Below are positions 29,494 through 39,668 of a stretch of DNA of 62,465 bases, one piece after another (position 1 is the stretch's first letter; every line of letters starts with the position of its first letter). Below the pieces are notes generated by a model. The model had not been told where the DNA came from, ran no database searches, and was given only the letters and a program-made list of their open reading frames with translations. The stretch covers positions 1 to 62,465 of the forward strand of contig UQQN01000001.1 of the NCBI GenBank assembly GCA_900543155.1. Direction: 5' to 3'. Made by a program: the position numbers and the translations under genes. The DNA comes from an uncultured Prevotella sp. GTDB taxonomy: Bacteria; Bacteroidota; Bacteroidia; Bacteroidales; Bacteroidaceae.

Positions 29494-29838
29494 TTAGAAT
29501 TTAAGTCCGCCTTTGCGGGCACCTTCTGCAACTTCTTTAACACGACCATGGTAGAGGTAGCCATTACGATCGAAAACGACCTCAGTGATACCTGCAGCAA
29601 TAGCCTTTGCTGCAACAGCTTCGCCTACCTTTGCAGCCTGTTCCTTCTTAGGCATAGTTTCCATACCTAATGAAGAAGCTGAAACGAGCGTAGAAGCTGT
29701 CTCGTCGTTGATAACTTGTACGTAGATCTGCTTGTTGCTGCGGAATACAGTCAAACGGGGACGAGCAGCAGTTCCAGAGATCTTATTACGAACCCGATAT
29801 TTGATTTTTACGCGTCTTTGTTCTTTTTTCGTAGTCAT
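29494..29838 (-). CDS. rplR: 50S ribosomal protein L18
   Basis: [23 protein letters not shown]. Confidence 0.99.
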   Translation of the reverse strand: MTTKKEQRRVKIKYRVRNKISGTAARPRLTVFRSNKQIYVQVINDETASTLVSASSLGMETMPKKEQAAKVGEAVAAKAIAAGITEVVFDRNGYLYHGRVKEVAEGARKGGLKF

Positions 29839-29855
29839 AATCTTACAGATTTAAA

Positions 29856-30425
29856 TTACTTAGCACCAGCGGACTTACCAGACTTACGACGAATCTGCTC
29901 GCCCACATAGAGAATACCCTTACCCTTGTAAGGTTCAGGTTTGCGGAAAGAACGGATTTTCGCGCATACGAGACCGAGCAATTGCTTGTCGCATGACTCG
30001 AGCTTGATATACGGGTTTTTGTTTCGTTCAGACTTCGTCTCAACCTTAACTTCGGCAGGAACCTGAAGGAAGATGGCGTGAGTGTAGCCCAAGTTGAACT
30101 CAATGAGGTTGCCTTGGTTAGACACACGGTAACCTACACCAACGAGTTCCATTTCCTTTGAGTAACCTTCAGAAACACCAACAACCATGTTGTTTACAAG
30201 TGAACGATACAAGCCGTGGAAAGCTTGCTTCTGCTTCTGTTCAACAGTGTCGTTAGCTTCATCGATAGCGAAAGTGATTTCGTTGTTCTCGATTGTGACG
30301 ATGATGGAAGGATCAACAGCCTGGCTGAGCTCACCCTTCGGTCCTTTTACAGACACTACATTATCCTTCAGGGTAACTGTTACACCTGCAGGGATGTTAA
30401 TCGGCAATTTACCTATTCTAGACAT
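29856..30425 (-). CDS. rplF: 50S ribosomal protein L6
   Basis: MSRIGKLPI, PEPYKGKGI. Confidence 0.99.
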   Translation of the reverse strand: MSRIGKLPINIPAGVTVTLKDNVVSVKGPKGELSQAVDPSIIVTIENNEITFAIDEANDTVEQKQKQAFHGLYRSLVNNMVVGVSEGYSKEMELVGVGYRVSNQGNLIEFNLGYTHAIFLQVPAEVKVETKSERNKNPYIKLESCDKQLLGLVCAKIRSFRKPEPYKGKGILYVGEQIRRKSGKSAGAK

Positions 30426-30440
30426 TTTGTTCCTCCTAAA

Positions 30441-30836
30441 TTAATATACGTAGCAAAGAACTTCACCACCAATCTTAAGATCAGCAGCTGCCTTGTTTGT
30501 CATTACACCCTTAGAAGTAGAGATGATAGCAACACCAAGACCATTGATAACACGGGGCATTTCACGGTAACCAGTATACTTACGCATACCGGGCTTAGAA
30601 ACACGGATCAACTTTTTGATAGCGTTCACCTTAGTCTGAGGATTGTACTTAAGAGCAATCTTGATAGTGCCCTGAGCACCATCTTCCTCGAACTTGTAGT
30701 TGAGGATGTAGCCCTGATCGAAGAGGATCTTAGTGATATCCTTCTTCAAGTTTGACGCAGGCACTTCAACCACACGGTGCTTTGCCTGGATAGCATTACG
30801 CAAACGCGTAAGATAATCTGCTATAGGATCTGTCAT
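30441..30836 (-). CDS. rpsH: 30S ribosomal protein S8
   Basis: MTDPIADYLTRLRNA, STSKG, GGEVLC. Start at ATG 30836. Confidence 0.99.
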   Translation of the reverse strand: MTDPIADYLTRLRNAIQAKHRVVEVPASNLKKDITKILFDQGYILNYKFEEDGAQGTIKIALKYNPQTKVNAIKKLIRVSKPGMRKYTGYREMPRVINGLGVAIISTSKGVMTNKAAADLKIGGEVLCYVY

Positions 30837-30903
30837 TTTTGTGAATTGTTTAATTAATCGGGACAACCCCGACAATATTAAATAATAAATTGGAATTTGT
30901 TCT

Positions 30904-31206
30904 TTACCAGCTGGCCTTCTTTACGCCGGGAATCAAACCGTTAGAAGCCATTTCGCGGAACTGAATACGCGAGAGACCGAAGAGGCGAATGTAACCCTTG
31001 GGACGACCCGTGATCTTGCAGCGATTGTGCAGACGGATAGGATTGGCATTGCGAGGGATCTTCTGGAGCTTACGAGCAGCCTCGTAAGCTTCCACGGGAT
31101 CATTCGACTTATTGACAATTTCCTTGAGCGCTGCACGCTTGGCGGCGTACTTAGCGACGAGCTTAGCACGCTTCACTTCGCGTGCCTTCATTGACTCTTT
31201 TGCCAT
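30904..31206 (-). CDS. rpsN: 30S ribosomal protein S14 (long, zinc-less type)
   Basis: [27 protein letters not shown]. Confidence 0.99.
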   Translation of the reverse strand: MAKESMKAREVKRAKLVAKYAAKRAALKEIVNKSNDPVEAYEAARKLQKIPRNANPIRLHNRCKITGRPKGYIRLFGLSRIQFREMASNGLIPGVKKASW

Positions 31207-31215
31207 AGTTTCGAA

Positions 31216-31770
31216 TTAGTTTTTAGCGTTTTTGAAAGGAAGACCGAATTCCTTGAGGAGAGCGTAACCCTCTTCGTCGGTAGGAGCAGTAGTCACGAAA
31301 GTGATGTTCATACCGAGGATACGATCGATAGTATCGATATTGATTTCAGGGAAGATAATCTGTTCCTGAATACCGAGTGTGTAGTTACCACGACCATCGA
31401 ACTTGCTTTCGATACCCTTGAAGTCACGGATACGGGGCAAAGCCACGCGAACGAGTTTCTCGAGGAACTCATACATGTGCTCGCGACGAAGAGTAACCAT
31501 AACACCGATAGGCATCTTTTTACGGAGCTTGAAGTTAGCAACGTCCTTCTTAGAAACAGTTGCAACAGCCTTCTGACCGGTGATAGCAGTAAGTTCGTTG
31601 ATAGCTACATCGATGATTTTCTTATCAGCAGTAGCAATACCAAGACCCTGATTGATTACGATCTTCTTCAGTGCGGGGATTTGCATTGATGAAGAATAGT
31701 TGAATTGCTTCATCAGAGCCGGGGCAATACGCTCTGCATATTCTTTCTTAAGTTGTGCTGTATTACTCAT
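31216..31770 (-). CDS. rplE: 50S ribosomal protein L5
   Basis: [22 protein letters not shown]. Confidence 0.99.
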   Translation of the reverse strand: MSNTAQLKKEYAERIAPALMKQFNYSSSMQIPALKKIVINQGLGIATADKKIIDVAINELTAITGQKAVATVSKKDVANFKLRKKMPIGVMVTLRREHMYEFLEKLVRVALPRIRDFKGIESKFDGRGNYTLGIQEQIIFPEINIDTIDRILGMNITFVTTAPTDEEGYALLKEFGLPFKNAKN

Positions 31771-32090
31771 TACTTAATCTCCTCTCCTGATTTTTTAGCG
31801 AAACGTACCAACTTGCCTTCATCGTTCTTACGACGACCGATACGAGTAGGCTTACCAGTCTTGGGGTCAACTACGTTCAGGTTAGAAATGTGAATAGGAG
31901 CCTCCATCTTTACGATGCCACCCTGAGGGTTCTTAGCGCTAGGCTTCTGGCTCTTAGAGACCATGTTGACGCCCTCAACGATGGCACGCTGCTTTTCAAC
32001 GAGGACCTTAGTGACCTTACCGGTCTTGCCCTTGTCTTCACCGGCGTTTACATAGACGGTGTCGCCTTTTTTGATATGTAACTTACTCAT
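31770..32090 (-). CDS. rplX: 50S ribosomal protein L24
   Basis: [21 protein letters not shown]. Confidence 0.99.
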   Translation of the reverse strand: MSKLHIKKGDTVYVNAGEDKGKTGKVTKVLVEKQRAIVEGVNMVSKSQKPSAKNPQGGIVKMEAPIHISNLNVVDPKTGKPTRIGRRKNDEGKLVRFAKKSGEEIK

Positions 32091-32110
32091 TACTTTCTTT
32101 GAAATCTTGA

Positions 32111-32476
32111 TTAAAGTACTTCAGGTGCCAAAGACACGACCTTCATGTTGACAGCGCGGAGTTCACGAGCCACGGGGCCGAAGATACGGCTACCTCTCAG
32201 TTCACCGGCATTGTTGAGCAATACGCAAGCATTGTCATCAAAACGGATGTAAGAACCGTCAGCACGACGGATTTCTTTTTTGGTACGAACGATCAAAGCC
32301 TTTGATACAGTACCTTTCTTAATATCGCTTGACGGGATTACGTTCTTTACAGAAACGACAATCACATCACCGACTGAAGCGTAACGACGCTTAGTACCAC
32401 CGAGAACGCGGATGCAGAGAGCCTCGCGTGCGCCGCTGTTGTCGGCAACTGTCAATCTTGATTCTGCTTGTATCAT
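32111..32476 (-). CDS. rplN: 50S ribosomal protein L14
   Basis: [24 protein letters not shown]. Confidence 0.99.
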   Translation of the reverse strand: MIQAESRLTVADNSGAREALCIRVLGGTKRRYASVGDVIVVSVKNVIPSSDIKKGTVSKALIVRTKKEIRRADGSYIRFDDNACVLLNNAGELRGSRIFGPVARELRAVNMKVVSLAPEVL

Positions 32477-32478
32477 AA

Positions 32479-32745
32479 TTATTTAGCTCTTTCAACAATT
32501 TCTACAACTCTCCAACGCTTAGTCTTGCTCAAGGGGCGAGTTTCCATGATGAGCACGGTATCGCCGACATTGCAGTCGTTTTTCTCGTCGTGAGCGTGAT
32601 ACTTTTTCGTCTTTGAGATAAATTTACCGTAAATGGGGTGCTTCTCTTTGAACTTAGCAGCTACAACAATGGTTTTGTCCATCTTGTTGCTGATAACGAC
32701 ACCCTGTCTTGTTTTTCTTAAGTTTCTAGCTTCCATCTGGACCAT
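32479..32745 (-). CDS. rpsQ: 30S ribosomal protein S17
   Basis: [19 protein letters not shown]. Confidence 0.99.
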   Translation of the reverse strand: MVQMEARNLRKTRQGVVISNKMDKTIVVAAKFKEKHPIYGKFISKTKKYHAHDEKNDCNVGDTVLIMETRPLSKTKRWRVVEIVERAK

Positions 32746-32747
32746 TA

Positions 32748-32942
32748 TTACTTGTTAAGTTCGATTTCTCTCAACACTGTCTTCATCTGAGCGATGGTGC
32801 GACGCGCAGCCTTGATCTGTGAAGGATTTTCCAGAGGAGAGATGCTGTGGTTGAGCACCAGCTGATTGTATTTAGCGACCTCGTCAGCAATACGCTGTGA
32901 AAGCTCGGCTGCGGGGATTTGACGAATTTCTGAAATCTTCAT
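32748..32942 (-). CDS. rpmC: 50S ribosomal protein L29
   Basis: [19 protein letters not shown]; position between rplP and rpsQ. Confidence 0.97.
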   Translation of the reverse strand: MKISEIRQIPAAELSQRIADEVAKYNQLVLNHSISPLENPSQIKAARRTIAQMKTVLREIELNK

Positions 32943-32944
32943 GA

Positions 32945-33370
32945 TTAGGCGTTTTTGTCGTAGTCGTGTCTAACAACGAATTTAGTAGTAACGGGGAGTT
33001 TCTGCGCAGCCAAACGGAGAGCTTCCTTGGCTACTTCGAAAGGTACACCTTCGATTTCGAAGATGATACGGCCCGGAGTGATGGGGAATACGTAACCCAC
33101 GGGATCACCTTTACCCTTACCCATACGTACATCGGCAGGCTTCTTGGTGATAGGTTTATCGGGGAAGATACGAATCCAGCTCTGACCTTCACGCTGCATG
33201 TAACGTGTCATGGCCACACGGGCTGCTTCGATTTGACGACCGGTGAGCCAGTGCGTATCGAGGCTCTTGATGCCGAAGCTACCAAAAGCAAGCTGGTTGC
33301 CACGCTGTGCGTTACCTTTGCAACGGCCTTTTTGCGGTCTTCTGTATTTTGTTCTTTTCGGTTGTAACAT
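32945..33370 (-). CDS. rplP: 50S ribosomal protein L16
   Basis: [17 protein letters not shown]. Confidence 0.99.
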   Translation of the reverse strand: MLQPKRTKYRRPQKGRCKGNAQRGNQLAFGSFGIKSLDTHWLTGRQIEAARVAMTRYMQREGQSWIRIFPDKPITKKPADVRMGKGKGDPVGYVFPITPGRIIFEIEGVPFEVAKEALRLAAQKLPVTTKFVVRHDYDKNA

Positions 33371-33393
33371 AATACTCTAACTGAAAAATCTGA

Positions 33394-34122
33394 TTAGCGG
33401 TTGTTGTTTCTCTTGTTACGGAACTTGCGGCCACCGTTAAAGTTACCATTGCCACGAGTTTCCTTTTCCTGAGTGAAGTTAGGAGCGAGGTCACGCTTTC
33501 CATAAACTTCGCCACGGCAAATCCAAACCTTGATGCCGAGCAAACCTACCTTTGTGAGAGCTTCACACTGGCAGTAGTCGATATCAGCACGGAGAGTGTG
33601 GAGAGGAGTACGTCCTTCCTTGAACATTTCCTTGCGGGCCATTTCAGCACCGTTAAGACGTCCGCAGATTTGCACCTTGATACCTTCTGCACCCATGCGC
33701 ATAGCGTTAGCAATAGCCATTTTGATAGCGCGGCGGTAAGCGATTTTGCCTTCAACCTGGCGAGCGATGCTCTTACCAACGATATTAGCATCGAGGTCGG
33801 GCTTCTTCACTTCGAAGATATTGATTTGAACGTCCTTATCGGTGATCTTCTTCAGTTCTTCTTTGAGTTTATCAACTTCTGCACCACCCTTACCGATGAT
33901 GATACCGGGGCGTGAAGTGCAAACTGTGATAGTGATGATCTTCGGAGTACGTTCGATTACGATACGAGATACGCTAGCGTTAGCCAAACGAGCGTCGAGA
34001 TACTTACGGATTTTGCTGTCTTCGAGGATATTGTCACCGAAGTTGTTGCCACCGAACCAGTTAGAATCCCAACCGCGAATAATACCAAGTCGGTTACTTA
34101 TCGGATTTACTTTCTGTCCCAT
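33394..34122 (-). CDS. rpsC: 30S ribosomal protein S3
   Basis: [28 protein letters not shown]. Confidence 0.99.
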   Translation of the reverse strand: MGQKVNPISNRLGIIRGWDSNWFGGNNFGDNILEDSKIRKYLDARLANASVSRIVIERTPKIITITVCTSRPGIIIGKGGAEVDKLKEELKKITDKDVQINIFEVKKPDLDANIVGKSIARQVEGKIAYRRAIKMAIANAMRMGAEGIKVQICGRLNGAEMARKEMFKEGRTPLHTLRADIDYCQCEALTKVGLLGIKVWICRGEVYGKRDLAPNFTQEKETRGNGNFNGGRKFRNKRNNNR

Positions 34123-34127
34123 ATCGA

Positions 34128-34526
34128 TTAATCATTATTTTTAGTACCCACGAACAAAGTTACGTGGTTTGAACGTTTACGAATTCTATAACCTCTACCC
34201 TGCGGAGCCGGACGCATACGCTTGAGCGTAACACCTTCGTCAACAAAAATCTTGGTTATAAACAATTCGCCATCTTCAGCCTTGCGATCGTTCTTCTGTT
34301 CCCAGTTAGCGATTGCCGAACGCAACAGCTTTTCGAGTACTTCAGAAGCAGCCTTCTTAGAGAACTTGAGGGTGCCGAGGGCGCGATTCACCTCCATGCC
34401 GCGCACCATGTCTACAACGTAGCGCATTTTGCGGGGTGAAGAGGGAACATTTTGCAATTTTGCAAAATATTGGGTCTTCAGGGCTTCTTTTCTTTTTTCA
34501 GCCGCTAATCTTTTTCTTGCTCCCAT
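34128..34526 (-). CDS. rplV: 50S ribosomal protein L22
   Basis: SPRKMR, SAIAN, RPAPQGR. Confidence 0.99.
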   Translation of the reverse strand: MGARKRLAAEKRKEALKTQYFAKLQNVPSSPRKMRYVVDMVRGMEVNRALGTLKFSKKAASEVLEKLLRSAIANWEQKNDRKAEDGELFITKIFVDEGVTLKRMRPAPQGRGYRIRKRSNHVTLFVGTKNND

Positions 34527-34569
34527 TATTTAAATTATTCTTTTTTGTTTCTGGATTGAAAAGTCCTGC

Positions 34570-34839
34570 TTACTTTTTCTTGTTACCAGCATGACCGCCG
34601 AACTTGCGGGTGGGTGCGAACTCACCGAGCTTGTGGCCAACCATGTTTTCAGTAACATAAACAGGGATGAATTTGTTTCCGTTGTGAACTGCAATGGTAT
34701 GACCAACGAAGTCGGGCGATATCATTGAAGCTCTGGCCCATGTCTTCACCACGTTTTTCTTACCGCTTTCGTTCATGGCAAGAACTTTCTTTTCGAGAGA
34801 GACTGCGATGTACGGGCCTTTTTTAAGAGAACGACTCAT
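34570..34839 (-). CDS. rpsS: 30S ribosomal protein S19
   Basis: [22 protein letters not shown]. Confidence 0.99.
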   Translation of the reverse strand: MSRSLKKGPYIAVSLEKKVLAMNESGKKNVVKTWARASMISPDFVGHTIAVHNGNKFIPVYVTENMVGHKLGEFAPTRKFGGHAGNKKK

Positions 34840-34864
34840 AAATTCTTCTTTGTTTTAGTGCTTG

Positions 34865-35689
34865 TTACTTTTTACGTCTTTCGATAATGTACTTGTTCGA
34901 CTGCTTCTTAGGAGCTCTTGTCTTCAAGCCCTTAGCATACAAACCAGTACGTGAGCGTGGGTGACCACCACTCTGACGGCCTTCACCACCACCCATCGGG
35001 TGATCAACAGGGTTCATTACAACACCACGGTTGTGAGGACGACGTCCCAACCAGCGTGAGCGACCTGCCTTACCTGATGATTCGAGAGCATGATCTGAGT
35101 TACCTACGCTACCGATAGTAGCTTTGCAAGCACTGAGGATTTGGCGAGTTTCACCTGAAGGCAACTTGATAACACAATACTTACCTTCACGTGAGGTGAG
35201 CTGTGCGAAGTTACCAGCAGAACGAACGAGCAAAGCGCCTTGACCAGGACGGAGCTCGATGTTGTGGATAACGGTACCAACGGGGATGTTCTGCAAGGGA
35301 AGAGCGTTACCTACTTCAGGAGCAGCTTCAGCACCAGACATAATCTGATCGCCAACCTTCAATCCATTAGGAGCAATGATATAACGTTTTTCACCATCAG
35401 CATAGAAGAGCAATGCGATACGAGCTGAACGGTTAGGATCATACTCGATAGTCTTCACAACTGCGGGTACACCGTCTTTCTCACGCTTAAAGTCGATGAA
35501 GCGGAATTTTCTCTTGTGGCCACCACCGAGATAACGCATAGTCATCTTACCAGTGTTGTTGCGACCGCCTGAGACGCGCTTACCGTAAACGAGAGATTTT
35601 TCTGGTACGGATGCAGTAATTTCTTCGAACGTACCAATAATTTTGTGTCTCTGCCCCGGTGTAGTGGGCTTAAATTTACGTACTGCCAT
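34865..35689 (-). CDS. rplB: 50S ribosomal protein L2
   Basis: [25 protein letters not shown]. Confidence 0.99.
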   Translation of the reverse strand: MAVRKFKPTTPGQRHKIIGTFEEITASVPEKSLVYGKRVSGGRNNTGKMTMRYLGGGHKRKFRFIDFKREKDGVPAVVKTIEYDPNRSARIALLFYADGEKRYIIAPNGLKVGDQIMSGAEAAPEVGNALPLQNIPVGTVIHNIELRPGQGALLVRSAGNFAQLTSREGKYCVIKLPSGETRQILSACKATIGSVGNSDHALESSGKAGRSRWLGRRPHNRGVVMNPVDHPMGGGEGRQSGGHPRSRTGLYAKGLKTRAPKKQSNKYIIERRKK

Positions 35690-35696
35690 TATTTAT

Positions 35697-35987
35697 TTAG
35701 ATATTGCTGTAGAAATCGATTGATTCACCCTCTTTGAGGGTTACGATTGCCTTTTTGAACGCATTGCTACGGCCGCGAACGAGTCCTGCCTTAGTGTAGC
35801 GTGACTTAGTTTTGCCAGCGTACTTGATAGTGTTAACGCTTACTACGTTTACATTGTACAATGCTTCAATTTCTGCCTTAATCTGAAGTTTATTAGCTTC
35901 AGGACGCACTACGAAGCAAAACTGATTCAGCTTCTCAGTGAGGGCGTTTGCCTTCTCAGATACGAGAGGTTTGATAATGTATGCCAT
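35697..35987 (-). CDS. rplW: 50S ribosomal protein L23
   Basis: PLVSEK, ANKLQIK, KKAIVTL. Confidence 0.98.
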   Translation of the reverse strand: MAYIIKPLVSEKANALTEKLNQFCFVVRPEANKLQIKAEIEALYNVNVVSVNTIKYAGKTKSRYTKAGLVRGRSNAFKKAIVTLKEGESIDFYSNI

Positions 35988-36002
35988 TTTCTGTTGCTAT
36001 TT

Positions 36003-36632
36003 TTACTTGGTTAAGACAGACTCGATCTTTGCAAGAGCACTTTCAGTTACAACCATTGCAGCTGCGTTAAGCACGCCGTAAGTGTTGATGTCTGAGGCGA
36101 TAGCCACCTTAGCACCCTGAAGATTGCGGGCTGACAAATACACGTTTTTATTTGCTTCGGGAAGAACTACGAGCACCTTCTTATCAGAAACCTTAAGATT
36201 GTTAACAATTTCGATGAAAGCCTTAGTCTTCGGAGCTTCAAGGTTGAAGTCTTCTACTACAACGAGTGCGTTTTCTTGAGCCTTGTAGCTAAGAGCACTG
36301 CGACGAGCAAGAGCCTTCATCTTCTTGTTAAGCTTGAAGTCATAGTTACGGGGCTTGGGACCGAATACGCGAGCACCACCTACCAATACAGGCGAGTTGA
36401 TGTCACCACGACGAGCACCGCCACCGCCTTTCTGACGGCCGAGCTTGCGGGTTGAACCGCTCATCTCACTTCTTTCCTTCGACTTAGCTGTACCCTGACG
36501 CTGAGCAGCGAGATACTGCTTCACATCGAGGTAGATAGCGTGGTCGTTCGGCTCAATGCCAAATACACTGTCATTCAGTGTTACCTTGCGGCCGGTATCT
36601 TCACCTTTGATATTGAATACACTAACTTCCAT
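36003..36632 (-). CDS. rplD: 50S ribosomal protein L4
   Basis: [23 protein letters not shown]. Confidence 0.99.
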   Translation of the reverse strand: MEVSVFNIKGEDTGRKVTLNDSVFGIEPNDHAIYLDVKQYLAAQRQGTAKSKERSEMSGSTRKLGRQKGGGGARRGDINSPVLVGGARVFGPKPRNYDFKLNKKMKALARRSALSYKAQENALVVVEDFNLEAPKTKAFIEIVNNLKVSDKKVLVVLPEANKNVYLSARNLQGAKVAIASDINTYGVLNAAAMVVTESALAKIESVLTK

Positions 36633-36635
36633 TGC

Positions 36636-37253
36636 TTACTTCTCGATAATTACGATTGAACCTTTGCAACCGGGAACAGAACCCTTAATGAGGAGCAGGT
36701 TGTGTTCGGGGATTACCTTTAACACTTTCAAGTTTTGCGTAGTTACGCGGTCGCCACCCATTTGGCCACCCATGCGCATACCCTTGAACACTTTGGCGGG
36801 GTAAGAACAAGCGCCGATAGAACCCGGCTTACGCAAACGGTCGTCCTGACCGTGAGTGCTCTGACCTACACCACCGAAACCATGACGCTTCACAACGCCT
36901 TGGAAGCCCTTACCCTTAGAAGTACCAACTACGTCTACATACTTAGCGTCGTTGAAAAGTTCCACGGTAAGCGTGTCACCCAGGTTCAACTCTTGATCGA
37001 AGCCCTTGAACTCGGCCAAATGACGTTTGGGGGTAACACCAGCCTTCTTAAAGTGGCCCATGAGAGGAGCAGAAGTATTCTTCTCCTTAGCATCTTGGAA
37101 ACCAACCTGTACGGCTGCATAGCCATCTTTCTCGACGGTCTTAATCTGCGTTACCACGCAAGGACCAACTTCGATAACAGTGCATGGTACATTCTGACCC
37201 TCGGCACTGAATACGGATGTCATTCCGATTTTTTTTCCTAATAATCCTGGCAT
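36636..37253 (-). CDS. rplC: 50S ribosomal protein L3
   Basis: GKKIGMT, KGKGFQG, PGSIG. Confidence 0.99.
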   Translation of the reverse strand: MPGLLGKKIGMTSVFSAEGQNVPCTVIEVGPCVVTQIKTVEKDGYAAVQVGFQDAKEKNTSAPLMGHFKKAGVTPKRHLAEFKGFDQELNLGDTLTVELFNDAKYVDVVGTSKGKGFQGVVKRHGFGGVGQSTHGQDDRLRKPGSIGACSYPAKVFKGMRMGGQMGGDRVTTQNLKVLKVIPEHNLLLIKGSVPGCKGSIVIIEK

Positions 37254-37433
37254 TTCAGTCTTATGAAAATAATATGAAAATTGTTTTATGTTCCGTCGCC
37301 CAAATTTACTACAGTAGACTCGGGTCGGAGGGTTATTACTAACCTGGGAGCACTTACCCCCTCAAAACAAAGCAGGTTTCGAATGTTTCCTACTTTCGAG
37401 ATGCAAAATTACTGCTTTTATTTTATATAACAA
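37254..37433 (-). promoter_or_regulatory. rplC promoter and ~145-nt structured 5' leader
   Basis: TTG (37433-37431) - 19 nt - TAATTTTG (37411-37404), followed by three GC-rich hairpins before an A/U-rich translation initiation region. Confidence 0.65.
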
Positions 37434-37568
37434 CCCCCCTCACTACTCTATTTCGCCATTAGTCGTGTTTTTTATGATTATTTATTTATTTGTATGCTAT
37501 TTTGTAATTTACGTATTTCATTTTCTGTATACTCAAAAATCAAAATCATTTTTTAGGTCTATTATCAC

Positions 37569-37676
37569 AAAGAAATTAATGGAGGCATCGTCTCCACGAG
37601 CCTCCATTAACCAACACAAAAACTAAACTAGACTTAACTAAACTATTTAATAGCGTTATCATCACGACAACTTCAT
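37569..37676 (-). ncRNA. Candidate stand-alone small RNA (~105 nt)
   Basis: Promoter TTG-20 nt-TATATTTG (37711-37681), 5' hairpin, U-rich TAGTT repeats, 11-bp terminator stem plus U-tail. No convincing ORF. Confidence 0.5.
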
Positions 37677-37746
37677 GATGCAAATATATAACATCTAAAC
37701 TGAAAAATCAAGATTTTGACAAGAAAAGTTTGCAAAAATCCGATTT

Positions 37747-38823
37747 TTAACACTTATGTATGTTATTAAGCATAAAATTATCGAGAATAACCATCGCAGC
37801 CATGGCCTCAACGATGGGTACGGCACGAGGCAACACACATGGATCATGTCGACCACGAGCTTTCAATACCACCGCCTTTCCGTCTTTATTTACAGTGTTT
37901 TGTTCGCGCAATAAAGTAGCTACAGGTTTAAAAGCTACACGGAAATAAATATCTTGTCCATTGCTCAATCCACCTTGAATACCTCCACTATGATTGGTAA
38001 GTGTGCGAATACCATTCTCTGCTCCAGACACGAAGACATCGTTTTGCTCACTACCACGTGCTGTAACACCGGCAAACCCCTCACCATATTCAAAGCCCTT
38101 CACCGCATTAATGCCTAACATGGCAGCACCTAATTGCGCATGTAGTTTATCGAATACAGGTTCACCTAGACCTACGGGGCAACCTTCAATTACCCCCGTT
38201 ATAATGCCCCCTATCGTATCGCCGTCTGCTTTCACTTCCTCAATAAGCCTTGCCATTTCTTCTGCCTTCTTAGGGTCTGGACAACGTACGGGGTTCTTTT
38301 CTATTTCATCGAAATTGTAATCTTTATACCCGCCCTCAAGCGCAATATTACCCACTTGCGAGGTATAAGCAGTAATACGTATGCATTTTTGTCGGAGTAC
38401 CATTTTAGCAAAAGCACCTCCTACCACACGTGCAATCGTTTCACGTGCCGAAGTGCGTCCCCCACCCCTATGGTCGCGAATACCATATTTTGTTTGGTAC
38501 GTAAAGTCTGCATGAGATGGGCGATACACATCCCGCATATTGTCGTAGTCGTTTGAATGCTGATTTTCATTACGCACTAAAAAACCAATAGGACAACCCG
38601 TTGTTTTGCCCTCAAACACTCCAGAGAGGATTTCTACCTTATCGCCCTCCTTGCGTGCTGTGGTCAATGCACTCTGTCCTGGTTTACGGCGGTCGAGTTC
38701 TGCTTGTAAAAACTCCATATCTACTTCAATACCAGCAGGCATCCCATCTATTACACCACCGATGCCAGCACCATGACTCTCACCAAAAGTTGTGAGTTTG
38801 TATATCTGTCCAAAAGTATTCAT
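37747..38823 (-). CDS. aroC: Chorismate synthase
   Basis: [31 protein letters not shown]. Confidence 0.99.
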   Translation of the reverse strand: MNTFGQIYKLTTFGESHGAGIGGVIDGMPAGIEVDMEFLQAELDRRKPGQSALTTARKEGDKVEILSGVFEGKTTGCPIGFLVRNENQHSNDYDNMRDVYRPSHADFTYQTKYGIRDHRGGGRTSARETIARVVGGAFAKMVLRQKCIRITAYTSQVGNIALEGGYKDYNFDEIEKNPVRCPDPKKAEEMARLIEEVKADGDTIGGIITGVIEGCPVGLGEPVFDKLHAQLGAAMLGINAVKGFEYGEGFAGVTARGSEQNDVFVSGAENGIRTLTNHSGGIQGGLSNGQDIYFRVAFKPVATLLREQNTVNKDGKAVVLKARGRHDPCVLPRAVPIVEAMAAMVILDNFMLNNIHKC

Positions 38824-38951
38824 AGAATATGTATTAGTTTAGTCAAGTTATTCATGTAACATACGTTGAATAAAAGAAAGTTGGCAAAATGCCCACACCT
38901 ATATATAAAGGAGTAAAACCGCATTTGCCAACTCTGTAGTAATTGTTCTTA

Positions 38952-39605
38952 TCAATGATTATGGCAGCAACCTTCGCCATGACCATGACCACCGCCATGT
39001 CCACCGCAGCAGCCTTCGCCATGACCATGCCCCTCGCCATGACCACCACAGCAACCTTCGCCATCGCCATGACCATGGCAACCACCTTCACAGTCGCCAC
39101 CACAGTTACAACCACCACCCATTGCATTCACGAAGTTCTGAATTTCTTCGTTCGAGGCCTCGCGCATAGTAACAACTTCACCCTTAAAGTGAAGATCTTT
39201 ACCTGCGAGTGGATGGTTAAGGTCTACAATCACTGTTGCATCCTTTACTTCGAGTACCAAGGCATGAAAACGCTGACCATCAGCATTCATCAAAGGCACA
39301 ACAGCACCTGGATAAATCATTTCTGTGTCGAACTTACCATTTACAGTGAAAATTTCTTTTTGGAGTTCAAGCACGCGTTCTTCCTCGTAATCGCCATAAG
39401 CATTAGGAAGAACGAAGTCGAATTTGTCGCCTTCAGCCAATTTCAAAATTTCTTCTTCGAAAGTATCGAGTGCCACACCCATTCCCGAGATAAATTGGAA
39501 AGGATGTTCTACCGGAGCTTTTTCTACGAGTTCGTGAATGCCCTTTTCATTGTCGGTAAAGAGTTCGTATGCCACAGTGACATACTTGTGGAGATTTTGT
39601 CCCAT
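38952..39605 (-). CDS. slyD: FKBP-type peptidyl-prolyl isomerase, SlyD-like, with Gly/His/Cys-rich tail
   Basis: AYG, VDLNHPLAGKDLHF, tail GGCHGHGDGEGCCGGHG...HNH. Confidence 0.9.
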   Translation of the reverse strand: MGQNLHKYVTVAYELFTDNEKGIHELVEKAPVEHPFQFISGMGVALDTFEEEILKLAEGDKFDFVLPNAYGDYEEERVLELQKEIFTVNGKFDTEMIYPGAVVPLMNADGQRFHALVLEVKDATVIVDLNHPLAGKDLHFKGEVVTMREASNEEIQNFVNAMGGGCNCGGDCEGGCHGHGDGEGCCGGHGEGHGHGEGCCGGHGGGHGHGEGCCHNH

Positions 39606-39668
39606 TGCGATATTTTTCAGTTTTTATTTGATTATCTATTTTTATTTGCGCTACACAATTTCTTACTA

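Noticed and set aside
25811..31206. Zinc-less L36 and S14 in the main operon
   Set aside because: Usual for Bacteroidetes, so not evidence of a zinc-starvation paralog swap.
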